Shown here piece by piece: positions 1-9,639 of a stretch of DNA of 64,000 bases (position 1 is the stretch's first letter; each line of letters begins with the position of its first letter). The stretch lies in the sequence record NC_047770.1, one strand, 5' to 3'. The stretch is from Escherichia phage ESCO13. Below the pieces are notes generated by a model. It worked only from the letters and a program-made list of their open reading frames with translations. It was not told the DNA's origin and ran no database searches. The position numbers and the translations under genes were made by a program.

Positions 1-85
1 CCGCTTTTGCTGCATAACGGCTTTCAATCTTTGCTGAATTAGCCAGTTTCTGCCGTTGTGTTTTAGCTGCGGTTTTATTTCCCAT
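1..85 (-). CDS. Hypothetical protein, 5' part only (gene continues past window start)
   Basis: ATG at 85-83 with AAGGAG SD 7 nt upstream; frame open to position 1 (MGNKTAAKTQRQKLANSAKIESRYAAKA...). Confidence 0.4.
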   Translation of the reverse strand, partial: MGNKTAAKTQRQKLANSAKIESRYAAKA

Positions 86-122
86 AGTAGCACTCCTTTT
101 AGAAGGGGCCGAAGCCCCTTTA

Positions 123-623
123 TTAGTTGTAAGCATCTAAAGTTCCAGAAGTCAGAACTTTAATTACTCGTTCAGCACGGTTTGGCGTCTGGCTATACCA
201 TCGGCTTTTACGCATGTTTTTACCTGCTTGAGTATAATATGCATTGCTGATTAAAGTCAAGCTATTTTGAAACCCTTCAGCACCTTTTAACCCCAACTGG
301 AAAACCATGTTGATTATTCCCAATTTACGAGTATCACTCACCTTATCATAGATTGGTGATAAGATAGCACTGTTTTTTATGTCTCTCTTCACTTTTGCAA
401 CATCGTCAGCAAAGATTTGACGGGCTTCTTTTTCTGTGATAACTCCATTAGTCTTACGACCAAGAAGATTATCTAAGATTTGAATAGCCTTTGCTTTATC
501 TTTTATTTTAGTCAGAAGGTGTCCTATGCCGACTGTCCAATAACCAAGATGATCTTGGTAAACAGTAAGCTTCAGTCCTTCATCGACTCGTAGCATATCA
601 AACTCATCTACTACTTTAGCCAT
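123..623 (-). CDS. Endolysin, T4 lysozyme (gpe)-like GH24 muramidase
   Basis: 166 aa; near-colinear match to remembered T4 lysozyme (MLRVDEGL..YQD..GYWTIGIGHLLTK ... INMVFQLG ... KSRWYSQTPNRAERVI..GT.DAY). Confidence 0.9.
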   Translation of the reverse strand: MAKVVDEFDMLRVDEGLKLTVYQDHLGYWTVGIGHLLTKIKDKAKAIQILDNLLGRKTNGVITEKEARQIFADDVAKVKRDIKNSAILSPIYDKVSDTRKLGIINMVFQLGLKGAEGFQNSLTLISNAYYTQAGKNMRKSRWYSQTPNRAERVIKVLTSGTLDAYN

Positions 624-630
624 TTACTTC

Positions 631-780
631 CTATTCGTCGTCTCCTACTCCGTGATCCAACTCATTAAACAACAGATGTTCTGGAGAAGTTTCACGTTTT
701 GGTTTCGTTTTCTTTATGTTGGACTTCAGCTCATTTGCCAAAGCACGAGAAAAGATCTTACGTTTCTGTTTACTTTTCAT
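631..780 (-). CDS. Small basic hypothetical protein (49 aa)
   Basis: ATG at 780, TAG at 633-631, GGAG SD upstream; fills gap between glutaredoxin and endolysin genes; below the ORF-track cutoff. Confidence 0.3.
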   Translation of the reverse strand: MKSKQKRKIFSRALANELKSNIKKTKPKRETSPEHLLFNELDHGVGDDE

Positions 781-785
781 AATTG

Positions 786-1046
786 TTACTCCGCAATTTG
801 AGCCATGAGATCACGCAGTTCGGTAAAACCGCCTACGTATGTTACCTCCCCGTTCACTTCAGACAGAATTTGTGGAAATGTGCGTGGAGGAACTCCGGTA
901 AGATCAACAACTGTTTTAGTCATTGATTCTAAATCATAGTCTTGGTCAAGACTTAAATATTCAAACTGTTTATTGCGCATAGTCAATAGTTGTTTTGACA
1001 TTTCACAAAATTGACAGTTAGGTTTACCAAAAATTACAAATTCCAT
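786..1046 (-). CDS. nrdC: Glutaredoxin/thioredoxin-like redoxin (T4 NrdC-like)
   Basis: 86 aa with CQFC active-site motif; architecture resembles T4 NrdC (C..C...LL...FE(F/Y)...PQ(V/I)...GGF..LR). Confidence 0.7.
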   Translation of the reverse strand: MEFVIFGKPNCQFCEMSKQLLTMRNKQFEYLSLDQDYDLESMTKTVVDLTGVPPRTFPQILSEVNGEVTYVGGFTELRDLMAQIAE

Positions 1047-1888
1047 TACCTCTCCTTATTAAGTAATACTGCTAAAGACTGTTCAATACCTTTATTTAAA
1101 TCTGATTTTGTAAGATAGTGACTGGTTACTAGTTGTGACTTCACCGGACGTGCTGCTGGAGCATTATAGGTTGAAGCTGATACCGCCGATATCTTAACAG
1201 GTTCTGGCATCTGTGTCAAGATCTTTTCCGCAAACTCCGCCCAAGAAATAAGATGGCTTCCTGCAAAATGGTAAGTCTTAACAGACCTTGACCAACCTGT
1301 TTTTAATACTTCAAAAATAGCTTCTGCTAAATCTGGAGCATATGTTGGACAAGAGAACTGATCAGCAACAATAATAAAATCACGTTGTCCATCATTATAG
1401 CGAGACAACATAGTTTTTAGAAAGTTATTTCCAAATTCGCTATATACCGAGGCTGTTCGAATAATATATGCATTTGGGTTAACTCCTCGCACCATTTTTT
1501 CACCAAGTTCTTTCGTATACCCATAATTGTTTATTGGGTTAGGTGTAGTGTCTTCAAAAATAGGATGAGAATAATTAAAAATATAGTCTGTGGAAATATG
1601 CACAAAATCAATTTTAAGTTTGCTGCACACTGCCGCAATATTTGCAGGGCCATAAGCATTAACAGCCAAAGCAGTAGCAAAATCTTGTTCGGCTTTATCT
1701 ACAGCCGTATAAGCGGCGCAATTAATAACACCATCTACATAATCTTCAACAATAGCGTTTCGCACAGCTTCAAAATTTGTAATATCTACACGTTCTTTAG
1801 GATAAATTAAAGATACATTTGCAGGGGCAACTTTACGTAAAGCTTGTCCCAGTTGTCCATTACCACCCAATACCAGATATGTTAGCAT
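1046..1888 (-). CDS. rmlD: dTDP-4-dehydrorhamnose reductase
   Basis: 280 aa; N-terminal GGNGQLG Rossmann motif, AAYTAVDKAE and STDY(I/V)F blocks typical of RmlD; last gene of an rml operon. Confidence 0.8.
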   Translation of the reverse strand: MLTYLVLGGNGQLGQALRKVAPANVSLIYPKERVDITNFEAVRNAIVEDYVDGVINCAAYTAVDKAEQDFATALAVNAYGPANIAAVCSKLKIDFVHISTDYIFNYSHPIFEDTTPNPINNYGYTKELGEKMVRGVNPNAYIIRTASVYSEFGNNFLKTMLSRYNDGQRDFIIVADQFSCPTYAPDLAEAIFEVLKTGWSRSVKTYHFAGSHLISWAEFAEKILTQMPEPVKISAVSASTYNAPAARPVKSQLVTSHYLTKSDLNKGIEQSLAVLLNKER

Positions 1889-2448
1889 ACACCCTCGCTA
1901 CGTAACTGTTGAAAAGATTTAGCCATTGCATCTTTTGTTGATAGGATAGGTTTAAAACCTTCATCAAAAATCATATCGAAGCCCCAATCGATCCCTATAT
2001 CAGGATCATCCCAACGTAAACTTTCTTCACTAGAAGGGTCGTATGGAGTTGTGCATTTGTATTCAAAGATAGCATCCATACTCAAAACTATAAAACCATG
2101 TGCCAAACCAGGTGGAAGCCAAAACTGCGTATGGTGTCGTGCACGAAGAACAACACCGTCCCAAGCACCGTAAGTAGGACTATCTTTACGTAAGTCTACA
2201 GCGAAATCCAATACTTCACCACTTACACAACGAACAAGCTTACCTTGCGGATTATTTGTTTGAAAGTGCATTCCTCGCAAAACACCGAAGTTTGATTTAG
2301 ACATGTTATCTTGAACGAAAGTTTGTCTACCAATGATATCTTCGTATTTTTGTTCATTATATGTTTCTAAAAAGAAACCACGGTCGTCTTTATAAACGTC
2401 TGGTTTGATAATTACCGCACCTTCAATTTTTGTTTTTTCTACTTTCAT
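1882..2448 (-). CDS. rmlC: dTDP-4-dehydrorhamnose 3,5-epimerase
   Basis: Cupin with DDRGFF..E, VQDN.S.S...VLRG.HFQ and QGKLVRC blocks as in E. coli RmlC; track ORF extends to 2568 but likely start is the ATG at 2448 overlapping rmlA stop (ATGA). Confidence 0.85.
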   Translation of the reverse strand: MKVEKTKIEGAVIIKPDVYKDDRGFFLETYNEQKYEDIIGRQTFVQDNMSKSNFGVLRGMHFQTNNPQGKLVRCVSGEVLDFAVDLRKDSPTYGAWDGVVLRARHHTQFWLPPGLAHGFIVLSMDAIFEYKCTTPYDPSSEESLRWDDPDIGIDWGFDMIFDEGFKPILSTKDAMAKSFQQLRSEGVC

Positions 2449-3323
2449 TTTCCCTCCGCTAATTTGAGTAGGTATTGCCCGTACTCTGTTTTCTTCAGTG
2501 AGTTTCCATGGTAGACCAAAGTCTCTAAAGAAATCCACCCTTTTTTGAAAGCAATTTCTTCCAGGCACGCAATCTTCAATCCTTGACAGTTCTCAATAGT
2601 CTGCACGAATTGACCAGCTTCCATCAGACTGGCGTGTGTTCCTGTGTCAAGCCAAGTAAATCCTCGTCCGAGAACTTCCACTTGTAACTTCCTGTCTTCG
2701 AGGTAGCTGCGATTGATATCAGTGATCTCCAGTTCTCCACGCGCGGAAGGGGTTACTTCTAATGCACGTTGAATAACAGAGTTATCATAGAAATACAAAC
2801 CTGTGACAGCATAATCTGATTTAGGATTTTCAGGTTTCTCTTCAATAGAAATAACTTGACGATTACTCCCAAATTCAACCACACCGAATCGTTCAGGATC
2901 TTTCACCAAACACCCGAAGATACAAGCTCCGCCCCAAACATCTACCATCTCACTAGCGTCAATCAGTAGTTTACCAAAGCTTTGTCCGAAGAATAGGTTG
3001 TCACCTAAAATAAGAGCAACAGAGTCTTCTCCGATAAAATCTTTACCGATGATGAAAGCGTCCGCAAGACCTCGTGGCTTGGATTGGATTGCGTAAGTGA
3101 GTTTTATCCCAAACATAGACCCATCTCCAAGAAGATACTCAAAGTCTTCCTGATCGCCTGGTGTGGTGATGATTAAGATATCCTTAATGTCAGCCAACAT
3201 CAATACCGATAAAGGGTAGTAGATCATGGGTTTGTCATACACAGGGAGCAATTGCTTGCTCACACTGCGTGTTACCGGATGAAGGCGGGTTCCACTTCCT
3301 CCCGCCAAAATAATACCTTTCAT
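2445..3323 (-). CDS. rmlA: Glucose-1-phosphate thymidylyltransferase
   Basis: 292 aa; [34 protein letters not shown] ... [11 protein letters not shown] ... [12 protein letters not shown] very close to enterobacterial RmlA. Confidence 0.95.
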   Translation of the reverse strand: MKGIILAGGSGTRLHPVTRSVSKQLLPVYDKPMIYYPLSVLMLADIKDILIITTPGDQEDFEYLLGDGSMFGIKLTYAIQSKPRGLADAFIIGKDFIGEDSVALILGDNLFFGQSFGKLLIDASEMVDVWGGACIFGCLVKDPERFGVVEFGSNRQVISIEEKPENPKSDYAVTGLYFYDNSVIQRALEVTPSARGELEITDINRSYLEDRKLQVEVLGRGFTWLDTGTHASLMEAGQFVQTIENCQGLKIACLEEIAFKKGWISLETLVYHGNSLKKTEYGQYLLKLAEGK

Positions 3324-3331
3324 AACCCTCC

Positions 3332-4324
3332 TTAAATCTTCTCACTCCACCATTGAGGGTTGTTTAAGTACCATTCAATCGTTGAGTAGAGATCTTGTTC
3401 AAATGTAGAGTTTGCACTCCAACCCAGTTCAGACTCTATTTTAGAAGGATTGATTTCATAACGCAAGTCATGTCCTTTACGATCTTCAACAAAAGTTATC
3501 AAGTTGGAAGAAGGGTAGGTTCCTGCTTCTGGATGTACAGCATCCATGTAGTCACAAACCATATAGATGATCTCCATATTGGTTTTGGGATTACGTGTTC
3601 CAACATTATACGTTTGACCTGGTTCTCCACCTGTTGCCACTTGAAGAATAGCTCGCGCATGATCCTCAACAAAAAGCCAGTCTCGCACCTGATCGCCTTT
3701 ACCATACACCGGAATCTCTTTATTCGTCAAGATACTTGTGATGATTTTTGGGATCAGCTTTTCTGGATGTTGATAAGGTCCAAAGTTATTGGAGCAGTTG
3801 GTTATCACAACAGGTAAACCGTAGGTACGGTACCAAGCTTTCACAAGATGGTCAGATGCTGCCTTAGACGCACTGTACGGGCTTGAAGGGGCATAAGCTG
3901 TCTCTTCGGTAAAGGGAACGCCAGAGTCTGCCATATCGCCGTACACTTCGTCTGTGGAGACATGTACGAACATCTTAAGTTTATTTTTTGGGAGGAGCCT
4001 TGCAGCTTCCAATAAATTGTATGTACCAATAATATTGGAGTCGATGAAAACTCGTGGATTCTTGATAGAATTATCCACATGACTCTCTGCCGCTAAGTGA
4101 ATGATGAAATCGGGATTGCACTCTACTACTAAACTTTTGACCTGGGTTTCGTTTGCCAAATCTGTTATGCTCAGTTTAACGTGAGTGATATCGCCTACAT
4201 TCTCAATATCTGCTGCATAGCCCATCTTATCAACGACAAAAACTTCGTTATTGGGATCTTGACAAAGAGAGCGCACCACGGCACTCCCAATAAAACCAAG
4301 ACCACCTGTTACCAGATAGCGCAT
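3332..4324 (-). CDS. rmlB: dTDP-glucose 4,6-dehydratase
   Basis: 330 aa; [68 protein letters not shown] blocks of RmlB. Confidence 0.95.
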   Translation of the reverse strand: MRYLVTGGLGFIGSAVVRSLCQDPNNEVFVVDKMGYAADIENVGDITHVKLSITDLANETQVKSLVVECNPDFIIHLAAESHVDNSIKNPRVFIDSNIIGTYNLLEAARLLPKNKLKMFVHVSTDEVYGDMADSGVPFTEETAYAPSSPYSASKAASDHLVKAWYRTYGLPVVITNCSNNFGPYQHPEKLIPKIITSILTNKEIPVYGKGDQVRDWLFVEDHARAILQVATGGEPGQTYNVGTRNPKTNMEIIYMVCDYMDAVHPEAGTYPSSNLITFVEDRKGHDLRYEINPSKIESELGWSANSTFEQDLYSTIEWYLNNPQWWSEKI

Positions 4325-4333
4325 CAGTTCTCC

Positions 4334-4660
4334 TTACCAGACATGTTGAGAAATAATAGTTTCCGTTTTAATGTTATATTTTTCAAGTAGCTTTGCATAG
4401 GCTTCTTTTGCATTCTCATTCAATTGCTCAAGATCTACAGCTATGCTTCCTTCTCCGCCTTCTAAATCAAGGCCATATATGCAATAAGACTCATCCGCAT
4501 CGTAGAAAGGAGAGATGCGGCTTAAGTCAAGACCTTCTTGTAAGAACCAGTTAAAATCTCCGTCAAATTCTTCTTCAATTCTAGGATCTTCTCCTACAGC
4601 CTCTTCCCACTTATTTAAAGGTGCACCCTGTAACATACGCCATTCGATATCAATACCCAT
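4334..4660 (-). CDS. Hypothetical acidic protein
   Basis: 108 aa ORF in operon context; start overlaps upstream small ORF stop (ATGGGTATTGA). Confidence 0.4.
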   Translation of the reverse strand: MGIDIEWRMLQGAPLNKWEEAVGEDPRIEEEFDGDFNWFLQEGLDLSRISPFYDADESYCIYGLDLEGGEGSIAVDLEQLNENAKEAYAKLLEKYNIKTETIISQHVW

Positions 4661-4814
4661 TTTTCATCTCCTCCTCTTCTTGAGCAGCTTTAATAATTGC
4701 TTCATAAATATCGTAAGCAATGCCTCCACAACATCTAGCTTCGAAAGCTATTGCTTCTGCAATGTGATCTGTTAATTCTCGTGGAATGCGAACATACTCT
4801 TTTTCACTCTCCAT
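4650..4814 (-). CDS. Small hypothetical protein (54 aa)
   Basis: ATG at 4814; stop TGA overlaps next gene start; compact operon packing; below ORF-track cutoff. Confidence 0.3.
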   Translation of the reverse strand: MESEKEYVRIPRELTDHIAEAIAFEARCCGGIAYDIYEAIIKAAQEEEEMKNGY

Positions 4815-4956
4815 CTTCTACCTCCAACCCTTCTTTTTCAAAGACTACTACTCGTCCCTCACCATGACAATTCAGGCAAGGAAATGTTACCATAATTTCC
4901 ACTTCCATCTGTCCCGTCCCACCGCACACAGGACAAAAAATAAGTTTTTCAGCCAC
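4804..4956 (-). CDS. Small zinc-ribbon protein (50 aa, GTG start)
   Basis: GTG at 4956 preceded by AAGGAGG SD; CPVCG...CLNCHG four-Cys ribbon; stop overlaps next start. Confidence 0.35.
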   Translation of the reverse strand: MAEKLIFCPVCGGTGQMEVEIMVTFPCLNCHGEGRVVVFEKEGLEVEDGE

Positions 4957-5165
4957 TATTCCTCCTTAATTATTTCAAATTTGGCAACACCATTTACAAT
5001 AATATGACCACAAGACATAACTCCTAGCCAAGGATCGCCGTTTTTCTTCAGGCGTTTACCGAATACATCACAAAAACCATTCTTCATTTCAGAGGCTTCA
5101 TAAGAAGCCCCTTTATCAAAAACGTCTTTGAATGTGTCGATTATACCAACACATTTCAAAATCAT
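4956..5165 (-). CDS. Hypothetical protein
   Basis: 69 aa ORF tightly packed between nrdB and small downstream ORFs. Confidence 0.35.
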   Translation of the reverse strand: MILKCVGIIDTFKDVFDKGASYEASEMKNGFCDVFGKRLKKNGDPWLGVMSCGHIIVNGVAKFEIIKEE

Positions 5166-6250
5166 TCGAAGTCAAGCTCCTCATCATCAGAGAGATCTTT
5201 GTTAGCTGAATTCAATTTGTAGTTAGTTAACTGAATCTCTTGGGCTGCTGACTGAATCAAATCAGGATTCAACCATTTTTCCATCCAAGCTAAAGGGCTA
5301 TGTTTAGGTGCTTTAAACTTGGCTTTCATTTTCAATCGACGATAAATAGGAGCAGCATTGAAATAAACCCACTGTTTAGACAATTCGGCGTTAAGACCTA
5401 CAATAAAACGACCTTCACTAAACAGGTAGTCACACCACTGTTCCTCTTGTTCAACAACAGTGTCGAGGATCAAAGTCAACTCTTCAATATTGTCTTCGTA
5501 AATTTTACGCCAAATTGGGTCATGCATCAATGCATCAATTACAGCATAATCCATCTTAACATGCAAGATTTCATCTAGCATAATTTTCTGGATCAGTTTA
5601 CAAGCCCCAACAAACAGTTGTTGTTCTGCCATAGCAAAAGTAGCAGAGAAGGAAGATATAAACTGAATACCTTCTAATCCAATCAGGGCTACCATCCCTT
5701 TAAGAATCAGCAGTCGAAGTTCATCGTTAGCTTCAATCAATCCTAGAGCATACTTATGACCAGCTTCTTCCAACTGACCCATGATATCAGCAATGATACC
5801 CATACGATTGAAAATTTTATCATTAATCATAATCTGATTGATGACTTCAATTGGATCTGGAGTACATTGACGGATTATTTCAGAATACGTTAACGCATGG
5901 AGAACTTCCATTTCACTCTGCTTCATCATCATAGCACAGGCTTCATTGTTACTCAAAAATGGAGAGAACAAAGTGATGATTGATTTTGCAAGAGAATCAT
6001 TTTCCCATTGGAACGATAAGTTTTTAATCATAACATCATAGTTGTTTTTAGAACAAGCTACGAAATCTTTACGTGTCTGATCCAGATTGACTTCATTCTC
6101 ATCCCAATCTTGTGCTTTTTGAAGTTTGTAGAGTTTGTGCATTTCTGGATAAGTTACGTTAACAGAATCAAAGATCCCTAATTGCTCCCCCAAAAATACT
6201 GGATATTTTCCTGTTTTGTAAACTTCATTGTGTAAATTAATTGCTGCCAT
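5162..6250 (-). CDS. nrdB: Ribonucleotide reductase class Ia small subunit (R2)
   Basis: 362 aa ferritin-like protein; E..H di-iron ligand blocks (EACAMMMKQSEMEVLHA; F.SSFSA.FA...DE.LH) and acidic C-terminal tail. Confidence 0.85.
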   Translation of the reverse strand: MAAINLHNEVYKTGKYPVFLGEQLGIFDSVNVTYPEMHKLYKLQKAQDWDENEVNLDQTRKDFVACSKNNYDVMIKNLSFQWENDSLAKSIITLFSPFLSNNEACAMMMKQSEMEVLHALTYSEIIRQCTPDPIEVINQIMINDKIFNRMGIIADIMGQLEEAGHKYALGLIEANDELRLLILKGMVALIGLEGIQFISSFSATFAMAEQQLFVGACKLIQKIMLDEILHVKMDYAVIDALMHDPIWRKIYEDNIEELTLILDTVVEQEEQWCDYLFSEGRFIVGLNAELSKQWVYFNAAPIYRRLKMKAKFKAPKHSPLAWMEKWLNPDLIQSAAQEIQLTNYKLNSANKDLSDDEELDFE

Positions 6251-6575
6251 TTAAGTCCTCCACTATATAACACATGCTTTTAAGTTCTGCAATATCTTCT
6301 TCGCTTGCTCCGTCTATCTTATAAACACCTTCTAGACCATCCCATACACTTTTAGTTAAGATTATTGTTATGTTATTTTCTGATCTTGCTCTACCTAATG
6401 CAAAAGCCGTTGCACTAGGATCATCAGAAGCCCATATTTGTATATCCCTAAGTTGGTAGGCAGCAATATAATTGCAACACCAATGTAAAGTAAAATCTTT
6501 GGAATCTACCAAGATAACGGTTCCATCACGTTTATGGATAGGTGATGCGCCTGGTAACACTATTAATGTTTCCAT
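6237..6575 (-). CDS. Hypothetical protein between nrdA and nrdB
   Basis: 112 aa ORF, ATG at 6575 with AAGGAG SD; no family recognised. Confidence 0.4.
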   Translation of the reverse strand: METLIVLPGASPIHKRDGTVILVDSKDFTLHWCCNYIAAYQLRDIQIWASDDPSATAFALGRARSENNITIILTKSVWDGLEGVYKIDGASEEDIAELKSMCYIVEDLNGSN

Positions 6576-6616
6576 ATTTTCTCCTTAGAAAATAAAGGGG
6601 CCGAAGCCCCTTGATA

Positions 6617-8863
6617 TCACATAGAGCAGCCTTCACAACCAGATTCTTTTAAGTTATCTTCTTGTGCTAAAGAGTCTGCTGATTTTGTTCTACTGTTAAG
6701 GTAATACAATGACTTGCCACCCAGTCTAGCAAAATTCAGAATAAACTGCATCTCAGCTTTCACTGATAAACGTCCACCTACCAATTTAGAATAATCTAGC
6801 CAAGAATCACAAGAAATTCCTTGGTCCGTAAACTTGGTAAAGATACCATACATTTCTGCAAGATCTTTAGCCGGAGTGTCCCAGGCAGACTGGTAGAACA
6901 TTTTCAGTTTTTCATAATCTGGAACAATAAATAATACGCTACCTTTCTGACTTTGTTTATACATAATAGTATCACGAACAGGGTACAGAGAGTTAGTAGT
7001 ATTGCTTACCAAACTGCTGGACTCATTAGGTGCAATAGCAGCCAAGACACTGTTACGGATACCACCTTGTTCAATGATTTCAGCACGTAAGCCTTCCCAG
7101 TCCATTTTAAGATCAAAATTACCGATACTATCTACTGTTTTAGCATAAGTGTCAATTGGTAGCCAACCTTGAGGCCATTTGGTCTTATCGATCCATTCTG
7201 CATTACCTTTTTCCTTAGCCAGACGCAGAGAGGCTTTTGCCAACCAAAAGTAATGACGTTCTGCAAGTTCATGCATTAATTTTTTAGCATAAGCATCTGA
7301 ATAATTTACAAAATTACTTGCCAAATAATGCGCTAAGTTTGTAATACCTACACCAATAGATCTACGTGCTTTAGCAGTTATTTCGTTATGTTTAAATGGA
7401 TAATCCATTGTTTCAATAACGTTGTCAATTGTCAATACAGTGTAGTATGCAACATCCTCATATTCTTCAGGTAAGACACGACCAGCGACAATAGAAGATA
7501 AGAAGCATAAAGCCAATTCTTGATCTTCTGTATTCTCACCAGTAAAGAGATCCGGCATATTGTGGAAAGCTTTAGTTGGTAAGAAGATCTCTTGACACAG
7601 GTTTGATTGATACACCGTATCCAGGAAAGGTGTATGGTTGTTAACGTTGTCAGCAAAGAACATGTAAATACGTCCTGTTTCTGCACGTTGAACAATAATC
7701 TCTGTCAGAAGATCACGAGCCTTAACAAATTTTTTCTTAATGCGACGACGGCTTACTTTGTCATAAACTGCATCAAACTCTTCTTCACTTTTATACAAGG
7801 CTTCATAAAGTTCAGGAGCATCATCACAACTAACTAACATCCAGTCTTCGTTTTTTGCTGCTCGACGCAAGAACGAACGGTTAACAACAATAGAATAATC
7901 TAGTTTGTCTACTCGTTTATCTATAGGTGTTGTTGGATTCTTCAGTCGAATCAGATCGTCGAAGTCTGGTTCAAGTATGGTAAAGGTAACTGTAGCACTA
8001 CCTCCACGGCTTGCTTGCTTCGAAGCTCCAACACTATCTTCCATCCATTTCAGATATGGAAGAAGACCACCATGAATAATACGATTATTCTTAACACCTT
8101 GACCTGTGGCACGAGTTTGAAGATTAACACCAATACCTGCGTTATTCAACGTATACTCATGAGCTAAGTAATTAGCAATGGCTAAAGACTCTGCCGTATC
8201 GTCTGCACGGAACAAACAACAAGACGCACTTCCTTTGATTGGAGTTCGTAGAGTTGTCAGATATGGCGATGGCAGATTAATCTTAAGATCGCTGACATAA
8301 GTATAAAGTTTTTTAATATCTTCTATACGGCGTTCTTTTGGTTGGATCTCCATAACCTTCATTGCGATACCAATGAAAAGGAACTGTGGAGACTCATGCA
8401 CCACATCGTTTACTGCATCTCGAATAAGATATTTATCCACCATTTGACGTAAAACAGAATAACCATAAGTTAGATTTTTATTATGCTTTACAATCTTACC
8501 GATTTCTTTGATCTCTTCATCAGTATAATCCATTTTAGCCCAATGACCACGTTCTACCATATCATGATAAAAGGTATTCAGTGAAGGGATACTGTGGTAT
8601 CCCCCATGAGCCTGTTTGTAAATCATACCCAGAAGAAGTCTTCCTGCCATATCACTGTAAGCTTGTGTTTTCTTGTCAATACACGCTGCAATCATTGCTT
8701 TATGCAGATCACGTGTAGACACACCGTCATAACACCGCTTCACAGCTTCTAATTCAATTTCAGACCAGTTTAGTTTACCTGCTGCAAATTCAGACCACTT
8801 GCGAAGTTTTTCTGGATTAAACTCCTCTGTCTTACCGTTAGATTTAGTTACAAAACGAATCAA
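6617..8863 (-). CDS. nrdA: Ribonucleotide reductase class Ia large subunit (R1)
   Basis: 748 aa; N-terminal ATP-cone-like segment (V.KSNGK.E.F...KL), catalytic-Cys blocks, C-terminal CEGCS redox tail. Confidence 0.9.
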   Translation of the reverse strand: MIRFVTKSNGKTEEFNPEKLRKWSEFAAGKLNWSEIELEAVKRCYDGVSTRDLHKAMIAACIDKKTQAYSDMAGRLLLGMIYKQAHGGYHSIPSLNTFYHDMVERGHWAKMDYTDEEIKEIGKIVKHNKNLTYGYSVLRQMVDKYLIRDAVNDVVHESPQFLFIGIAMKVMEIQPKERRIEDIKKLYTYVSDLKINLPSPYLTTLRTPIKGSASCCLFRADDTAESLAIANYLAHEYTLNNAGIGVNLQTRATGQGVKNNRIIHGGLLPYLKWMEDSVGASKQASRGGSATVTFTILEPDFDDLIRLKNPTTPIDKRVDKLDYSIVVNRSFLRRAAKNEDWMLVSCDDAPELYEALYKSEEEFDAVYDKVSRRRIKKKFVKARDLLTEIIVQRAETGRIYMFFADNVNNHTPFLDTVYQSNLCQEIFLPTKAFHNMPDLFTGENTEDQELALCFLSSIVAGRVLPEEYEDVAYYTVLTIDNVIETMDYPFKHNEITAKARRSIGVGITNLAHYLASNFVNYSDAYAKKLMHELAERHYFWLAKASLRLAKEKGNAEWIDKTKWPQGWLPIDTYAKTVDSIGNFDLKMDWEGLRAEIIEQGGIRNSVLAAIAPNESSSLVSNTTNSLYPVRDTIMYKQSQKGSVLFIVPDYEKLKMFYQSAWDTPAKDLAEMYGIFTKFTDQGISCDSWLDYSKLVGGRLSVKAEMQFILNFARLGGKSLYYLNSRTKSADSLAQEDNLKESGCEGCSM

Positions 8864-8879
8864 CTTCTCCTCCCTATTA

Positions 8880-9134
8880 TTAATGCATATTCAAAACATC
8901 TACATCATAACCGAACTTCATTTCATTAAAAAGTCCATTAGCATATAGAAAACCTTCAAAATGAGTTATGTCATCAAACCCTTTTGCTTTTGCTCGACGG
9001 TCTGCTTCTTGTCTTTTAGGAGATAAACGTTTTGAAGTGTCTAGAATTACAGTTACATTACAACCAACAGTTTCATCAAAATAGACTTCGATTTCACAGC
9101 CTTCATATTTATTATCAGTCATTGTCCCTCTCAT
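8880..9134 (-). CDS. Hypothetical protein
   Basis: 84 aa ORF in operon context. Confidence 0.4.
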   Translation of the reverse strand: MRGTMTDNKYEGCEIEVYFDETVGCNVTVILDTSKRLSPKRQEADRRAKAKGFDDITHFEGFLYANGLFNEMKFGYDVDVLNMH

Positions 9135-9541
9135 TGATTAGTATCATCTGCTTTCGCAGGATCATAAGAGTTACCGAAATCATCCATCTTAATATGTGAC
9201 GCACCCCAACCTGTAAATTCTTCATCACCAAAATGAAAAATATCATTTTCTTGATAGATTCGTTTAAAACCACAATTAGGTGAAACAGGGAAAGTGAAAA
9301 GCGTTGTATTTGCAAACACTACTCGCTTATCGTTATTGCTTCGGATATTCACATTACGCTCAACAGAATAGTGTGAATCTTCAGCCATACCCAGCATTAC
9401 AAGCGACGCTCTAATAACAGCATTTTGTTTCTCGTGTGGGATATTGCCATTGTGTTTATTTGATTCTAGTTTCCAGATAGGGGTAGACATTACAGTAGAC
9501 ATGCTTACGGTAGCCCAAGTTGTAGTATTTACTAATGACAT
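9131..9541 (-). CDS. Hypothetical protein
   Basis: Track ORF runs to a GTG at 9574 with no spacer after its SD; ATG at 9541 with GAAGGAG SD 5 nt upstream is the likelier start. Confidence 0.4.
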   Translation of the reverse strand: MSLVNTTTWATVSMSTVMSTPIWKLESNKHNGNIPHEKQNAVIRASLVMLGMAEDSHYSVERNVNIRSNNDKRVVFANTTLFTFPVSPNCGFKRIYQENDIFHFGDEEFTGWGASHIKMDDFGNSYDPAKADDTNQ

Positions 9542-9595
9542 ATTTTCTCCTTCATTTTGAATGGGAGGACTCACCTCCTCCCAGTATTGTGCTAT

Positions 9596-9623
9596 ATTAT
9601 ACTAAAACTAATACTAAAGTCAA
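9596..9623 (-). promoter_or_regulatory. Sigma70-like promoter (TTGACT-16-TATAAT)
   Basis: Minus-strand -35 at 9623-9618 and -10 at 9601-9596, downstream of thyX stop and upstream of the 9541 start. Confidence 0.5.
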
Positions 9624-9639
9624 TAACTATTTAAACAGA

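Noticed and set aside
1565-1810. Plus-strand ORF (81 aa) antisense to rmlD; same pattern at 3395-3817, 7607-7837, 10246-10539, 13456-13851 and 20669-20945
   Set aside because: These lie wholly inside well-supported minus-strand genes, have low-complexity translations and no ribosome-binding sites; treated as antisense artefacts.
1046-8863. Possibility that the rml and nrd genes mark a bacterial chromosomal segment or prophage boundary
   Set aside because: They are co-oriented and tightly packed with a T4-type endolysin and HNH and small early ORFs, with phage-style overlapping starts and stops and no bacterial housekeeping neighbours.
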